Assembly: GCA_000004985.1 (NCBI GenBank)
Contig: GG738890.1
Source: Naegleria gruberi
Lineage: Eukaryota
Length of the DNA: 64,000 nucleotides
Strand: one strand, 5' to 3'
Positions 31,654-43,595 of this stretch are shown piece by piece. The position numbers and the translations under genes are program-made. Position 1 is the stretch's first letter. The number at the start of each line of letters is the position of its first letter. The notes under the pieces are model-generated. The model was not told where the DNA came from, did not search any database, and worked only from the letters and a program-made list of their open reading frames with translations.

Positions 31654-33816
31654 ATGTACCTTTCCGATAATGAATTGTTTCGAATAATACAATATTTCGA
31701 CTTTGATAGGGACATTATCAATATAATGTGCTGCAGCAAGAAATTAAAAACCATGGCGATGGAACATTTATTAAATGGTTATCACAACTCGGAGCAATTT
31801 GTCAAATATTTCATTTCATACAAAACTTTTAATTGCAAAATGACTTGCGAATTATTAAATTTCATCGTGGAAACATTAAAGAATGAAAATGAATTATTGA
31901 ATTTGAATAGAATTAATTTGACAAACTTTGGAGGAAGATTGACCTATGCAATGATTGATAAAATTTGTGGATTAATTGCGAAATTTAATATTAGAGAGGT
32001 TTTATGTTGGAGGATGAGGGAGAGTGTTTATTGGATTGAAGTTATTGTGCCAACTAAATTGAAGATTGTGGAGAGGTTTACAATTTTGGAGAGGGATTTG
32101 AATAGGTTCACTCCTTCTCTAAAGTATTTTACAAAATCTAGTGCATTGCAGAGTTTATCTGAATTGAATGGGTTGACCTTGCAAAAGAAGGAGGATGTTG
32201 AGAAGTTTTGTCAGAATCAATTATTGTGTGAATCTTTGAAAAGACTAACTGTCTATTTGCCTCAATCAATTTCAATATTTGATTTTGCATTCAGAAAAAT
32301 TATCAAGAATTGTAAGAACCTCATAGAGTTGAATGTTTTGATAGCCTATTGTATTGAACCTGTTCATTTGGATTTGAATTTTGATGAAGAATTAATTACC
32401 CTAAGCACAGAATGTAATACTTTGAAAATTTTGAGAATTGACAGCATGTACATGCATCCTCAAAATAGATTTCTAAAAAAATTATCACCCGAGTTGAGAT
32501 TTATCCCAGAAATACCAGAAAAAATCTCAAAGAATTTATTTCCCAATCTAACCGAGCTCTATATCCATACGAGAAATAACAATCAAGATCCATCACTTCA
32601 TGCATACAGTGGGAAACTAGCTCTTCAATGTCTCATTCCCTCACATGAACTCAGTTGCATGGATGTTACTAACGAATTCTTCAATATTACATTTCCAAAG
32701 TGTAATAATATAGCCCTAAGTGGAGATTTTATTGGAATTGCTGACAAGATTCCAAACTATACACATGTCCAAAGTTTGAAATTGAATAATTTATTCGATA
32801 GACCAGATAGATACATTTCGAGATTTCACAGATATTTGAATTTGAAATCGTTATCACTTTTCCGAGTGAACGTCAAACATGGCGAGCATTTAACCATGAG
32901 TAAGATCAAATTTGCAACCTTCATTGAAGAACTGACCGTCAAGAATTCTCTCCTTCATCACAACTTTCTTCAACAATTAGTAGTGAGCACTTCATCTTTG
33001 AAATCGCTAGTGTTGGAACAAATAGATACGTACAAGGATTCTATCAGTATTGAAATAGATACTTCCAACACATCTTTTTCGAGTTTGAATACTGTTCGAG
33101 TGATTGACTGTTGTGGAACCTATGTGGAAATGTTGAAATTTATTCTCAACGATAATCCATCCTCTATCAACTATTTACAATTGAAATCGTGTGACGATTC
33201 TCTAGATTATGAATTTTTGGAAAGTCTCTTTTCCATTGCTTCCAGACCAGAGAATGTGTTTATTGAGGGAATTGAATTTAATGATGCACTGATTGAAAAG
33301 TATTTGAATTGGAGAGTATTTCCATCCACAATAGATTTTTCTTTTCAGGGAAGAAGCATTACAAGCAAATTCTTACTCAATCCAAAGAATTGTGACACAA
33401 TTCACAAAATATCAACTCTTTCGCTCCCATTTTGTCCAATTGAAAATGATGATTTTTGTGAAATTTTGGATTACTTGAATAGAGATCGAGTTGAGAAGAT
33501 TGAAATTAATCTGGGAACATCTGGTCCTACTGTGGAAACTTTTGAAGAATTGTCCAATTTCAAATCACTTCAAATATTGGACATTCGTGGAATGGTAGAA
33601 GATTTAGACTCCAACAGCCAATCTCTCCTCAATGATTCCATTCGAGAATTAATTATTGAAATGCCCAATCTCAGAGAGTGTAATTTGGATTGTTGGAATA
33701 TGACTCCACAAGAAATAGAGGCAGTCAAATTAACAATAAGATCTAAGGGGAGATCAGCACCCAAGTTGAATAATAATATTAACCTACCAAAACCTAATCA
33801 ATGCTTGATTTCCTAA
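31654..33816 (+). CDS. F-box-like / leucine-rich-repeat protein
   Basis: N-terminus LFRIIQYFDFDRDIINIMCCSKKLK, then repeated L-x-x-L-x-L LRR-like units. aaaaaaaaATG start. Confidence 0.6.
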   Translation: MYLSDNELFRIIQYFDFDRDIINIMCCSKKLKTMAMEHLLNGYHNSEQFVKYFISYKTFNCKMTCELLNFIVETLKNENELLNLNRINLTNFGGRLTYAMIDKICGLIAKFNIREVLCWRMRESVYWIEVIVPTKLKIVERFTILERDLNRFTPSLKYFTKSSALQSLSELNGLTLQKKEDVEKFCQNQLLCESLKRLTVYLPQSISIFDFAFRKIIKNCKNLIELNVLIAYCIEPVHLDLNFDEELITLSTECNTLKILRIDSMYMHPQNRFLKKLSPELRFIPEIPEKISKNLFPNLTELYIHTRNNNQDPSLHAYSGKLALQCLIPSHELSCMDVTNEFFNITFPKCNNIALSGDFIGIADKIPNYTHVQSLKLNNLFDRPDRYISRFHRYLNLKSLSLFRVNVKHGEHLTMSKIKFATFIEELTVKNSLLHHNFLQQLVVSTSSLKSLVLEQIDTYKDSISIEIDTSNTSFSSLNTVRVIDCCGTYVEMLKFILNDNPSSINYLQLKSCDDSLDYEFLESLFSIASRPENVFIEGIEFNDALIEKYLNWRVFPSTIDFSFQGRSITSKFLLNPKNCDTIHKISTLSLPFCPIENDDFCEILDYLNRDRVEKIEINLGTSGPTVETFEELSNFKSLQILDIRGMVEDLDSNSQSLLNDSIRELIIEMPNLRECNLDCWNMTPQEIEAVKLTIRSKGRSAPKLNNNINLPKPNQCLIS

Positions 33817-33895
33817 ATAAACAATTCTAATTTGACAAGAAACATTGTAACGCATTCCAGAACTGAACTATTAGTACAAAAGTCAACTCAAAAAA

Positions 33896-34636
33896 ATGTT
33901 AAATCATGACACGCTAGGAATCATTGCAAGGTTTATCTCTCTTGCTGATTTACCAGCATTTTGTCTCGTCAATAGTGAATGGAATTTAACTATTGAACTA
34001 CATGAAGATTATTCAGTTTTCTGGGTGGAAAAACAAATTAATTTTCTTGAATCTAAAATCTCCCTGTACGAAACTTCCATTGAATACAGCAAGGACCAAG
34101 CTCCCACCATTACAAACGAATGTCCAAGCAATGGTTTATTTTTCTTTGGAATTCAAACCTATACGTATAAGTATGGACACACATGGGCACCCCAAGGAAT
34201 GAAACATCCCAAATTCTTTCATCACAGATTGCAAAAGAGAATTCACACACTCGAAAGCAAAATCTATTCCCTGAAGAAATATAAAACCTATGGATATGAA
34301 GGTTTCTCGCGGGAACATTTGATGAATATTGTCTATTATGAATACTATTGGCTTGCTAGTAATTTAAATTCCTATCTGGCCAAATCCACTGCTCTGCCAC
34401 ATTACATTGGTGCATTGTGTGAGGATTTGGAGCGTCTCGAGTTGGAACGATGTCTTCTCAATAATACGGAAGACTCTGTTCAATTGGCACTCGTCTATCT
34501 TATCAAACTTTTTAAAACACCACCACCTCCCATCTATTTCAAGGATGATGTTTATAGGAAATACATTAACACAATTTTAGAAACAAAACCAATAGGAAGA
34601 ATCATTATATCCACTTTCAATGTATTATTATTGTAG
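33896..34636 (+). CDS. F-box-like domain protein
   Basis: DTLGIIARFISLADLPAFCLVNSEWN at the N-terminus. Confidence 0.5.
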   Translation: MLNHDTLGIIARFISLADLPAFCLVNSEWNLTIELHEDYSVFWVEKQINFLESKISLYETSIEYSKDQAPTITNECPSNGLFFFGIQTYTYKYGHTWAPQGMKHPKFFHHRLQKRIHTLESKIYSLKKYKTYGYEGFSREHLMNIVYYEYYWLASNLNSYLAKSTALPHYIGALCEDLERLELERCLLNNTEDSVQLALVYLIKLFKTPPPPIYFKDDVYRKYINTILETKPIGRIIISTFNVLLL

Positions 34637-34727
34637 TGTTATGATTGTCATCCCATAGAATTCTCTCATCAGGACTTCATTAAAATATTTTTTCAATTTA
34701 TTTTTTCCATTTGCAAAATATTAAAAA

Positions 34728-36938
34728 ATGTTTGGAAGTTCTGGTTTTAATGCCGGTGGTGGCAATCCTCAAGGAAATGCTCCTGGAGCCTTTTCATTTG
34801 GTAATAATAACTCTGCTCCAACACAACCAGCTACTGGTGGTGGTGGTGGATTTTCTTTTGGATCATCTACAACTGGAGGTACACAACCATCAACAACTGG
34901 AGGATTCGGACAACCTTCTGCACAACCACCAACTTCTGGAGGATTTGCTTTTGGATCATCTACAACTGGAGGTACACAACCATCTACAACTGGAGGATTT
35001 GGTTTTGGTTCAACACCTTCTACCCAACCAACAACTGGAGGAACAACTGCTGGAGGAACCACAGGTGGATTTGCTTTTGGAAATAAGCCAGCTACCACTG
35101 CAACTACAACACAACCAACCACTGGAGGAATGACTTTCGGTCAACCTTCTACACAACCAACAAGTACTGGAGGAACCACAGGAGGATTTGCTTTTGGTAC
35201 TCAGCCAACAACTGGAACAACTACACAACCAACAACTGGAACCACTGGTGGATTTAACTTTGGCTCTACTACACAACCTTCCACACAACCTACTATCAGC
35301 ACAACAACCACTACACAACCATCTAGTGGAGGATTCAATTTTGGTTCCACAACTACTCAACCAACAACCACACAACCAACTACAGGAACAGCTACTGGGG
35401 GAACTACAGGTGGATTTAACTTTGGAAATACTACAACTGGAACAACTACACAACCTACTACAGGTACAACTACTGGATTCAAAATCGGAACTACTTCAAC
35501 AACTCAACCAACTACTGGAACCACTGGAGGAACCACTGGTGGATTTAACTTTGGAAATACTACAACCCAACCATCAACTGGTACTACAACTACTAGCTCA
35601 ACAACTCAACCAACTACTGGTACCACGGGAGGATCTGGTGGATTTAACTTTGGTTCTACCACAACTACTCCATCAACAGTAGCCCAACCAACTACTACAG
35701 GTACAACTGGAGGAACCACAGGAGGATTTAACTTTGGAAATCAACCAAAACCTGTCACAACACAACCATCAACAACTGGTACTACAACACAACCAACCAC
35801 TACTACTACTGGTACAACAGGAGGAGGTGGAGGATTCAATTTCGGTTCTACTGCTACTACCACTACCCCATCAACCACCAACGCTCCAACTAGTACAGGA
35901 ACAACAGGAGGTGCTGGAGGATTCAACTTTGGAAATAAGCCAACAACAACTCCAACTACTACAACCACTACAGGTACAACAGGAACTACCAATGCAGGCT
36001 TCTCATTTGATAATAAGAGACCATCCGATGAGGGAGGTCCAAATAAGAAGAGATCAGCTGGTTCTGACATTTCCACATCAGGAAATACTACAACTACAGG
36101 CACTACTGGAGGTGGATTCACATTAAACACTGGATCAACAACAACTCCATCCTCTACTCAACCAACAACAGGTACCACAGGAGCTGGAGGTTTCAACTTT
36201 ACAGCTGGATCTGATACAAGCAAAAAGCCAACATTACCATCTTTGGATACAACAAATTCTACTACCACTGCTACTACCGGAGCTACTACAACAGCTCAAC
36301 CAACCACAGCTACCACAACTCAACCAAAACCTATTACTACCACAACTCCTCAAATAGATACATCACAAACTCTTTTAGGAAATAGTACTGTCGAAGAAAT
36401 AATTAACAAATGGAATACAGATCTTTCCACTGATATCAAAGATTTCCACAAAGCAGCTAACCTTGTTTCAAAGTGGGATAAGGATATTATGGAAAATGAA
36501 TCTAAGCTTATTGGACTTAACGATCAAGTTAATAGAATTACAGCAGAACAAAGTGAATTGAAAGGACAATTAGACATGATAGACTCTCAACAAAATAATT
36601 TGGAAAATATCATCAAGGGATTAGAAGATTACATTGAAAAGAATCAATCAATATATGATTCTAGTAAGAGGTCACAATCAGACAGGGAGAGAGAAGAAAC
36701 ATACAAGACTGCCGAATCTATTAATTGCCAACTCGATGCCATGCAACAAACTTTAGATGAAATGGTCATGCAACTTAACAAGACCTTTGAACAATCTGTG
36801 GATCCACATTCTGACTTTACTCGTATTGTGCAAGTAATGAATAATCACTTGGCATGCTTACAATGGATTGAACAACAAGCATCTGGTCTTGACTCTGACA
36901 TTCAAACAAGTTCGAATACTTTGAAACGACTTCAATAA
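34728..36938 (+). CDS. FG-repeat nucleoporin, Nup62/Nsp1 family
   Basis: About 20 GFNFG/GFAFG/FSFG repeats in Thr/Gln/Pro-rich spacers. The C-terminal coiled-coil (IINKWNTDLSTDIKDFHKAANLVSKWDKDIMENESKL...) matches the Nsp1_C domain. Confidence 0.8.
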   Translation: MFGSSGFNAGGGNPQGNAPGAFSFGNNNSAPTQPATGGGGGFSFGSSTTGGTQPSTTGGFGQPSAQPPTSGGFAFGSSTTGGTQPSTTGGFGFGSTPSTQPTTGGTTAGGTTGGFAFGNKPATTATTTQPTTGGMTFGQPSTQPTSTGGTTGGFAFGTQPTTGTTTQPTTGTTGGFNFGSTTQPSTQPTISTTTTTQPSSGGFNFGSTTTQPTTTQPTTGTATGGTTGGFNFGNTTTGTTTQPTTGTTTGFKIGTTSTTQPTTGTTGGTTGGFNFGNTTTQPSTGTTTTSSTTQPTTGTTGGSGGFNFGSTTTTPSTVAQPTTTGTTGGTTGGFNFGNQPKPVTTQPSTTGTTTQPTTTTTGTTGGGGGFNFGSTATTTTPSTTNAPTSTGTTGGAGGFNFGNKPTTTPTTTTTTGTTGTTNAGFSFDNKRPSDEGGPNKKRSAGSDISTSGNTTTTGTTGGGFTLNTGSTTTPSSTQPTTGTTGAGGFNFTAGSDTSKKPTLPSLDTTNSTTTATTGATTTAQPTTATTTQPKPITTTTPQIDTSQTLLGNSTVEEIINKWNTDLSTDIKDFHKAANLVSKWDKDIMENESKLIGLNDQVNRITAEQSELKGQLDMIDSQQNNLENIIKGLEDYIEKNQSIYDSSKRSQSDREREETYKTAESINCQLDAMQQTLDEMVMQLNKTFEQSVDPHSDFTRIVQVMNNHLACLQWIEQQASGLDSDIQTSSNTLKRLQ

Positions 36939-37201
36939 ACATATTATACGACAATATCATAATACTAGCTCAAATTTAAAGTCCACCATTTCTTCAAGTT
37001 CCTCGAATGGATGATTGTCTATCAGGAAATGAGGTCCCTCTTCCAAGGCATGACCTAATTAATCCATAGTAAAATAATTCAAAGATATTGTTGTAAATAA
37101 CAGTTCCGAAGCCACCCACAAAGTACCCACCTCTGCAATTTCCAAAATGCAATTTAAGGAGATGCACACAGAATAGATTCTGATGGGCAAACTAGAAAAA
37201 A

Positions 37202-38878
37202 ATGTCCCAACAACCACAACTCCCATCATCCTACGAGGATAATAACATTGCTACTTCAACTTCTAATGATAAAGTTACGAATTTAGAATTGACTCATGAA
37301 AAGATTATCATTATTGATTTCGGATCACAATATACACAACTCATTGGTCGTAAAGTTCGTGAATTGAATGTTTATTGTGAGATTTATCCATACGATAAAT
37401 TCAATGAAAATACATTGAAGGTGAGTAGTGGTGGTGAGAATGCAGAACAAGATGGATGGTCATTTGTGAGAGGTGTTATTCTATCTGGATCTCATCATTC
37501 AGTTCATGATGAACATTCACCACGTGTCAATGAACAAGTTTGGAATGAAATTCATAAGAGACAAATTCCAATTCTTGGTATTTGTTTTGGTGCTCAAATG
37601 TTAGCTCACTTGTATGGAGAACAAGTTGTTTCAAGTGTTATTAGAGAATATGGACGTGCTCATATTCAATTGACCTCAAATAATGAAGATACAATTCTTA
37701 GTCAATTGAGTGGTGATTCACAAGTTTGGATGTCGCATGGTGATTCAATTCTTATTAAGGAAGAAGGTTCTCAATTGGAAATTATTGCAAAATCTGATAG
37801 TATTCCAGTTGCTGCTTTCAAAGTTAAGGGAAAGAAGATTTTTGGTGTTCAATTCCATCCAGAGGTTCATCACTCACATTGTGGAAAGTTGATTCTCTCC
37901 AATTTCTTGAAACTTGCTGGATGCTCTTGTACTTGGACTCCTTCTCATTTCATTGACGAAACTGTAAAGAATTTGAAACAAACTATTGGAGAAAGTGATC
38001 ACGTTGTTATGGCATTGAGTGGAGGTGTTGACAGTAGTGTTGCTGCCGTTCTCTTACAAAAGGCTATTGGAGACAGATTACATTGTATTTTTGTAGATAA
38101 TGGATTATTGAGATTGAATGAATTTGAACAAGTATTGGAAACTTATAGAGATAGTTTACATTTGAATGTTAAGGGAGTTGAAGTATCTACACTCTTCTAT
38201 GATGCATTGAAGGGAGAATCTGATCCAGAAAAGAAACGTAAAATTATTGGAGCCAAATTTATTGAAGTATTCGAAAAGGAAGCTCAACAAATTTCCAATG
38301 TCAAACACTTGGGTCAAGGAACTATTTATCCAGATGTTGTCGAGTCAATTGGTGGAGCAACTATCAAGAGTCACCACAATGTTGGTGGTCTTCCAGAAAA
38401 GATGCACATGAAAGTGGTTGAGCCATTGAGATTACTTTTCAAGGATGAAGTCAGAAGAGTTGGTAAGGAATTAGGAATTCCAGATAACATCTTACTTCGT
38501 CATCCATTCCCTGGTCCTGGACTTGGTATTAGAATTTTAGGCGATATCACTGCAGAGAAGGTTGAATTATTACAAAAGGTTGATGCCATCTATGTTAATT
38601 CATTGAAGGAAGAAGGATTGTATAATCAAATCTGGCAAGCTGGTGCTATCTTGTTGCCAATTCATTCGGTTGGTGTTCAAGGGGATGGCAGAACTTATGA
38701 GAAGGTTGTTGCTTTGAGAGCTGTTACTTCTGTTGATGGTATGACTGCAGATATTTTCCATTTCCCTTGGGAATTCCTTGGAAAGGTTTCGAATAAGATC
38801 ATTAATCAAGTTAAGGGTGTGAATAGAGTTGTCTATGATATTAGTACTAAACCACCTTCAACTATTGAATGGGAATAA
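37202..38878 (+). CDS. guaA: GMP synthase (glutamine-hydrolysing)
   Basis: GATase motifs [10 protein letters not shown] and [13 protein letters not shown]-PPase P-loop [13 protein letters not shown]-terminal dimerisation domain ending TIEWE. Confidence 0.9.
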   Translation: MSQQPQLPSSYEDNNIATSTSNDKVTNLELTHEKIIIIDFGSQYTQLIGRKVRELNVYCEIYPYDKFNENTLKVSSGGENAEQDGWSFVRGVILSGSHHSVHDEHSPRVNEQVWNEIHKRQIPILGICFGAQMLAHLYGEQVVSSVIREYGRAHIQLTSNNEDTILSQLSGDSQVWMSHGDSILIKEEGSQLEIIAKSDSIPVAAFKVKGKKIFGVQFHPEVHHSHCGKLILSNFLKLAGCSCTWTPSHFIDETVKNLKQTIGESDHVVMALSGGVDSSVAAVLLQKAIGDRLHCIFVDNGLLRLNEFEQVLETYRDSLHLNVKGVEVSTLFYDALKGESDPEKKRKIIGAKFIEVFEKEAQQISNVKHLGQGTIYPDVVESIGGATIKSHHNVGGLPEKMHMKVVEPLRLLFKDEVRRVGKELGIPDNILLRHPFPGPGLGIRILGDITAEKVELLQKVDAIYVNSLKEEGLYNQIWQAGAILLPIHSVGVQGDGRTYEKVVALRAVTSVDGMTADIFHFPWEFLGKVSNKIINQVKGVNRVVYDISTKPPSTIEWE

Positions 38879-38937
38879 ATCTATTATCGATTCTAAACTT
38901 TTAAAACAAAGAACTCATTCATTTTGACAAGAAAAGT

Positions 38938-40351
38938 TTATGCCTTAACCTTAAAGTTATAAACGTCACCATCTTGAGTAATATATTCTTTTCCTTCCTG
39001 TCTAATCAGATTCTTTCTCTTGGCCTTGGCATCGTCACAATCGCAATCCAAATAATCCTTCCAATTAATGGTTTCTGCCTTGATGAATCCCTTTTCAAAA
39101 TCACTGTGAATTACACCTGCTGATTCTTGAGCAGTACTTCCTTTAGTAACAGTCCAAGCTCTTGTTTCTTGCACACCAACAGTGTAATAAGTAATGAGAT
39201 CCAACAATTCATAAGATGATGTGATAATTCTCTCGAGACCAGTTTGTTTCAACCCATATTCATTCAAAAGTTCAGCTCTTGATTCTGGTTCACATTGAGC
39301 AACTTCAGATTCCAATTGAGCACAGACAATAACTGGTTCAACAGTATTTCCTCTCTTCTTAATATGTTCTATAAGTGCTTGTGTATGTGTGTTTCCTCCA
39401 TCAATAATTGTCTGTTCATCCACATTACAAATATATAAAATTTTCTTGGTTGTTAAAAAGTTAAATTGTTTCAAAATGGCTATTTCAGCAGCTGTCCATT
39501 TAACTGTATAAAGTGAATTTTCCTCAATCAATGTTTCATGACACTTTTTCAATAAATCCATCTTATCCTTTGATGCTTGAATTTCCTTTCTCTTCATATT
39601 TCTTTCAACAACATCCAAATCACTGAGCATTAATTCTGATTCAATAATTTGAACATCTCTCACTGGATCAACACTATTTTCGACGTGTGTAATATTCACA
39701 TCTTCGAAACATCTCACCATTTGTGCAATACAGTTCACTCCTCTAATGTGACTCAAAAATTTGTTACCCAATCCCTTTCCTTCAGCTGCTCCTTTAATTA
39801 AACCTGCAATATCAATCACTTCAATGTAAGTTGGAACAATTTTCTTGGTTTTTGCCCTTTCAGCAAGTAATTCCAATCTTTCATCTGGAACTGTACAGAC
39901 ACCAACGTTTGGTTCAATAGTACAGAATGGGAAATTGGCTGCTTCTGCCTTTGTTGATTCAGTCAGTGCTGTTATTTAATTCGTATATAAAAAGTTTCAA
40001 ATAAATTTCATCAATTTCAATTATTTCACACAAGAATTTCAACAATTTTTATCATAATTGTTAGAGAAATTCAGAAGATTAAAACAACATACCATTAAAA
40101 AGTGTAGATTTACCAACATTTGGCATTCCGACAATTCCAACACTTCTCTTTGCACTACTTCTAGTCGAATGTGATTGAACGGAAGAATTCAACATGACGA
40201 ATTGTTGATTAAATTTAGAAGCAAATGTTGAATTGGCAAAAATTGATGCCGGTGTTGATGAACATTGTGTATTTCGGGTAATGACGGAATGAACACCCAA
40301 TAAACGTTGTTGGAAAACGTTGGTGGTGGAAAAGCGAGAAAGTTTTTGCAT
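38938..40351 (-). CDS. Obg-like ATPase OLA1/YchF, 2 exons (40351..40093 and 39968..38938; intron 39969..40092 of 124 nt, GTATGT...AACAG), with an N-terminal presequence-like extension
   Basis: Exon 1 carries VGIVGMPNVGKSTLFN (G1). Exon 2 reads ANFPFCTIEPNVGV...VIDIAGLIKGAAEGKGLGNKFLSHI and ends in a TGS domain (EGKEYITQDGDVYNFK). Confidence 0.8.
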
Positions 40352-40530
40352 TTTTTTTTAAATTTTTTGATTGAATTGCAAAATTTGAAAATATTTTGAA
40401 AATTTAATTATTAATATTTAATAATATGCATGTTGGCCATATATCAAATGACAGTGGCAGTTCCAATAAATAAGATACATGGATCTATAATTCAGACGAT
40501 GTCAATAAATTAAATTCAAAACTATTTCAG

Positions 40531-41325
40531 CTATTCTACATGTTGTACAATGTCAATCAAGTGACGTAAATCATGACAAATGAAATCTGGCTCATATTTC
40601 TCAACACATTCAGTATGCTTATCATCCCAATCAGTTTCTTGAGTATAGAGACAACTGAGAGCTCCTGCCTTCTTAGCACAAACAATATCATGAAATGAAT
40701 CACCAATCATTATCATATTCTCAATGGGAACATTCAATTCTTCTGCAATTCGAGTAAGACATTGAGGATTTGGCTTGTAAGGTAAATATTCTCTTCCATG
40801 TAATATTGTGTAAAAATCCGAATAATTACTTCCCAATTTTTCAATAAATAATTGCAAGGTACTTTGTGAATTTCTTGTAACAATTGCAAAATGTTTCAGT
40901 GGTGATTTTTCATCCAATTGTAACTTTTTCAATTCATCCAAAGTTTCAAATAGGTATGGTTGAAATTCCAATTTGTCATTGGCCTCCGATTCTACCCTAT
41001 GAATAATATCAAATAATCTCTTCTTTTCCTCTTCATCATTCAAACTATGAATATGATCCAACACATCGATAGGAGCACTGATACCAGTCAAGAGTCTCAT
41101 CTTGGCAAAATCAATAACAGGTACAGTTAAAGTGCCATCCATATCAAAAGTAGCCACTCGGATCAATGGCTTTTTAATCGATTGTTCATGAACAAAATAG
41201 TAGGGTTTTTCATCTGTTGAGTGAGAGGTTGAATTAACAAAAATCTTCTTGTAGAGTTGATTAAAGTGATTGTGGTGATGTTTTCTGAGAACGGAGAGGT
41301 GGGAAGGACATGTCTTGTGAATCAT
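40531..41325 (-). CDS. HAD-superfamily hydrolase/phosphatase
   Basis: Motif I VATFDMDGTLT, motif IV MIMIGDSFHDIVCAKKAGA. The track start is TTG; the true start is the aaaaaaATG at 41325. Confidence 0.7.
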   Translation of the reverse strand: MIHKTCPSHLSVLRKHHHNHFNQLYKKIFVNSTSHSTDEKPYYFVHEQSIKKPLIRVATFDMDGTLTVPVIDFAKMRLLTGISAPIDVLDHIHSLNDEEEKKRLFDIIHRVESEANDKLEFQPYLFETLDELKKLQLDEKSPLKHFAIVTRNSQSTLQLFIEKLGSNYSDFYTILHGREYLPYKPNPQCLTRIAEELNVPIENMIMIGDSFHDIVCAKKAGALSCLYTQETDWDDKHTECVEKYEPDFICHDLRHLIDIVQHVE

Positions 41326-41461
41326 TTTTTTGATTATTTTCAATCTATTTTCAATGATTCTTTTACACAACCATGTTGAGATGATTGTTAATTGGCACCA
41401 AGTTTACAATAATTGTTTGGCAGGAGAAATAATAAATTTATTGTTGTACAAAATCTAGAGC

Positions 41462-42617
41462 TTAATTTTCATTAGCCATGACATAGGCAATAATGTCTCG
41501 GAGAGAAATAACTTTAACTGGATGGAGTTGCTTGTCACAAACATACATTCTGTGAATTCTGTTGGCAGCCAATCTTCCAATAACAAATCCTAGTTCAGTT
41601 TCTTCAGAGCATGAAATGGCTGGATGACTTTCATTATATGATTGTTCTCGAATATGTTGGACAAAGGTGTGAACTCCTTGATGGAGAGAATGATAAAGAT
41701 TAGATGGATTAATAGCCTTAATGTCTCTTGCTGATAAGTTTCCAATCAAAATTCCTGTAGCATCAACAACAGCCAAACCACTGACCTTCATTTGTTGCAT
41801 CTTTTTGAAACAATCAATAGTTCTATTGTGTTTTTCAAGAGTAATAACTGGAGAGACACCTAAATCAGCAGCACCAACTTTTTGATGAGCAATGTCACCC
41901 ATTTGTTTTTGATGAAGAGCAAGGAAATTGACAATTTGTGCTTGAGTCAAAATACTGACCATCTTTCCGTGGCTATCAATAACTGGACAACGGTGTGACT
42001 TTTCCTTGACCAACAAGGTACAAGCATCATAGAGTGATTTATCATCTCTAATTGGAGTGAATGGATTGTGAGCAAAGTCAGTAATACCTCCTATTTGTTG
42101 ATCTTGGAATTTAGAAGCAGTCTTCAATCTAGAGAAAATGTCATTACCTTGTCTTGTTTCAGCTTCTCCAAAAAGTTCAACCAAATAAGCCAAAATATCG
42201 AGAATATCAACCAAACCGATACATTCCTTTCCCTTCATGACTGGAGCAGAAACAATACCAGAAGACATTAATTTCTAATTTTTCAAAGAGTTTGAATATT
42301 ATCCGTTTTTTTGATATTAATTAAACAAATGATGAAGAGAGTGATAATAGAGCGTTGAAGATGTGCAATATTAATTCGAACAATTGTTGTTGCCAATATT
42401 AACGTTAAGATTAATTATTGTATTGTGTTGTTAATAATAAAAATCAATGTTTTTCCATCATCGTAGAAAATAAAATTCAAGTCATCACGGATCTTCCTAT
42501 AATACCTACCTCCAAAACATCATGTAATTTATCTTCGTATTGGAAAGTAATCAATTCTGTTGGCTTGGCGACTTCCTTGACCAATGTTTTTCTGAGCAAG
42601 CTAAATAATTCCTTCAT
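41462..42617 (-). CDS. CBS-domain protein (4xCBS, AMPK-gamma/SDS23-like), 2 exons (42617..42510 and 42274..41462; intron GTAGGT...TTAG of 235 nt)
   Basis: Upstream exon is MKELFSLLRKTLVKEVAKPTELITFQYEDKLHDVLE|GTAGGT, phase 0. Joined to KLMSSGIVSAPV... it completes the first CBS motif. A second CBS pair follows. Confidence 0.6.
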
Positions 42618-43424
42618 TTTTTTTTAAAATCTTTAAAATATCGGTTAATAGGTAGATGCGACCCTTAAATGGACTATTTAAAAATATAAAAATGATATTA
42701 TTTAAATTCACAACGTTGACTTTTTGAGTTTTGTGTTGAAAGGATGGTGCATGAATATAATATATTCATATTTTTCATTACACAGCCAATCTGATTGTGA
42801 AATACACGAAAGAGTTGTTTCTGTTTTGTGAGTAGACAAGAAACATGTTCCAGTTTTTAAAGATTTGATTCAATAGAAGAAATATCTTTCAGAGAGATCC
42901 TTTGTACAATAGAGACTTTTTTATTGAAAACTACTAAACAATTTCTAATCTGATATTATTATACAATTGTGGTTTTGTGTTCTTGATATTAGGAGTGCTG
43001 TGGATTTACAATTCTGCAAATGCTATAAAGTGAGGGGAATAATTATCAGCCCTCTTGTGACTCTACTATTCTCAATAATAATTGAAATGAAAAAGTGCAA
43101 GAGGGCTCTCTGAGTCTATAATCATAATAGCTGAAGTATTCATTGCAGTAGGTTTCTTTTTTTTAATTGAACAAGAGACAATCATCACATTCAAGCCAGC
43201 TCTCTTTCTATTTATATTTTAGGAAATGCCTCTTTCAAATTTTGAAACAAACTCTTGTCTATTTGTATTTTTGGTAAATGTAACTTTCATATTTTGAAGC
43301 TGCTATCTAAATTTTTAATTTTCATGATCATGAGAGTTATATAATCAATAAATATTTATTGATCTTAATTGATTCGAGGATGAATCTGTACTGTTGCTTT
43401 TTACTGGCCCTAGTTCAGAAATCA

Positions 43425-43475
43425 GATGCAACAAGGGTTGAAGTGATTGATATTTCACAATTTAAGATAGTGAAT
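43425..43475 (+). promoter_or_regulatory. Conserved 5S upstream element, copy 1
   Basis: ttcagaaatcag...gaagtgattgatatttcacaatttaagatagtgaatgg shares about 45 of 52 nt with the flank of the second 5S gene. Confidence 0.35.
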
Positions 43476-43595
43476 GGCTACGGCCATATCACGATGAATG
43501 CACCTCATCCCGTCCGATTTGAGAAGTTAAGCATCGTCGAGCCACATCAGTACTGAGGTTGGAGACAACTTGGGAACCTGTGGTGCTGTAGTCTT
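43476..43595 (+). rRNA. 5S rRNA gene, copy 1
   Basis: GGCTACGGCCATATCAC...CCGTCCGATTTGAGAAGTTAAGCATCG...GTACTGAGGTTGGAGACAACTTGGGAACCTGTGGTGCTGTAGTC followed by TTTTT. Matches eukaryotic 5S helices I-V. 120 nt. Confidence 0.9.

Noticed and set aside
42418-42627. Plus-strand 69-aa ORF
   Set aside because: It is antisense to exon 1 and the intron of the CBS-domain gene, with no start context.
43044-43115. 10-bp inverted repeat (AGCCCTCTTG / CAAGAGGGCT) with a 45-nt loop, and a degenerate 45-bp tandem duplication at 43200..43300
   Set aside because: Isolated hairpins and duplications are common in AT-rich intergenic DNA. It has no conserved motif or terminator.
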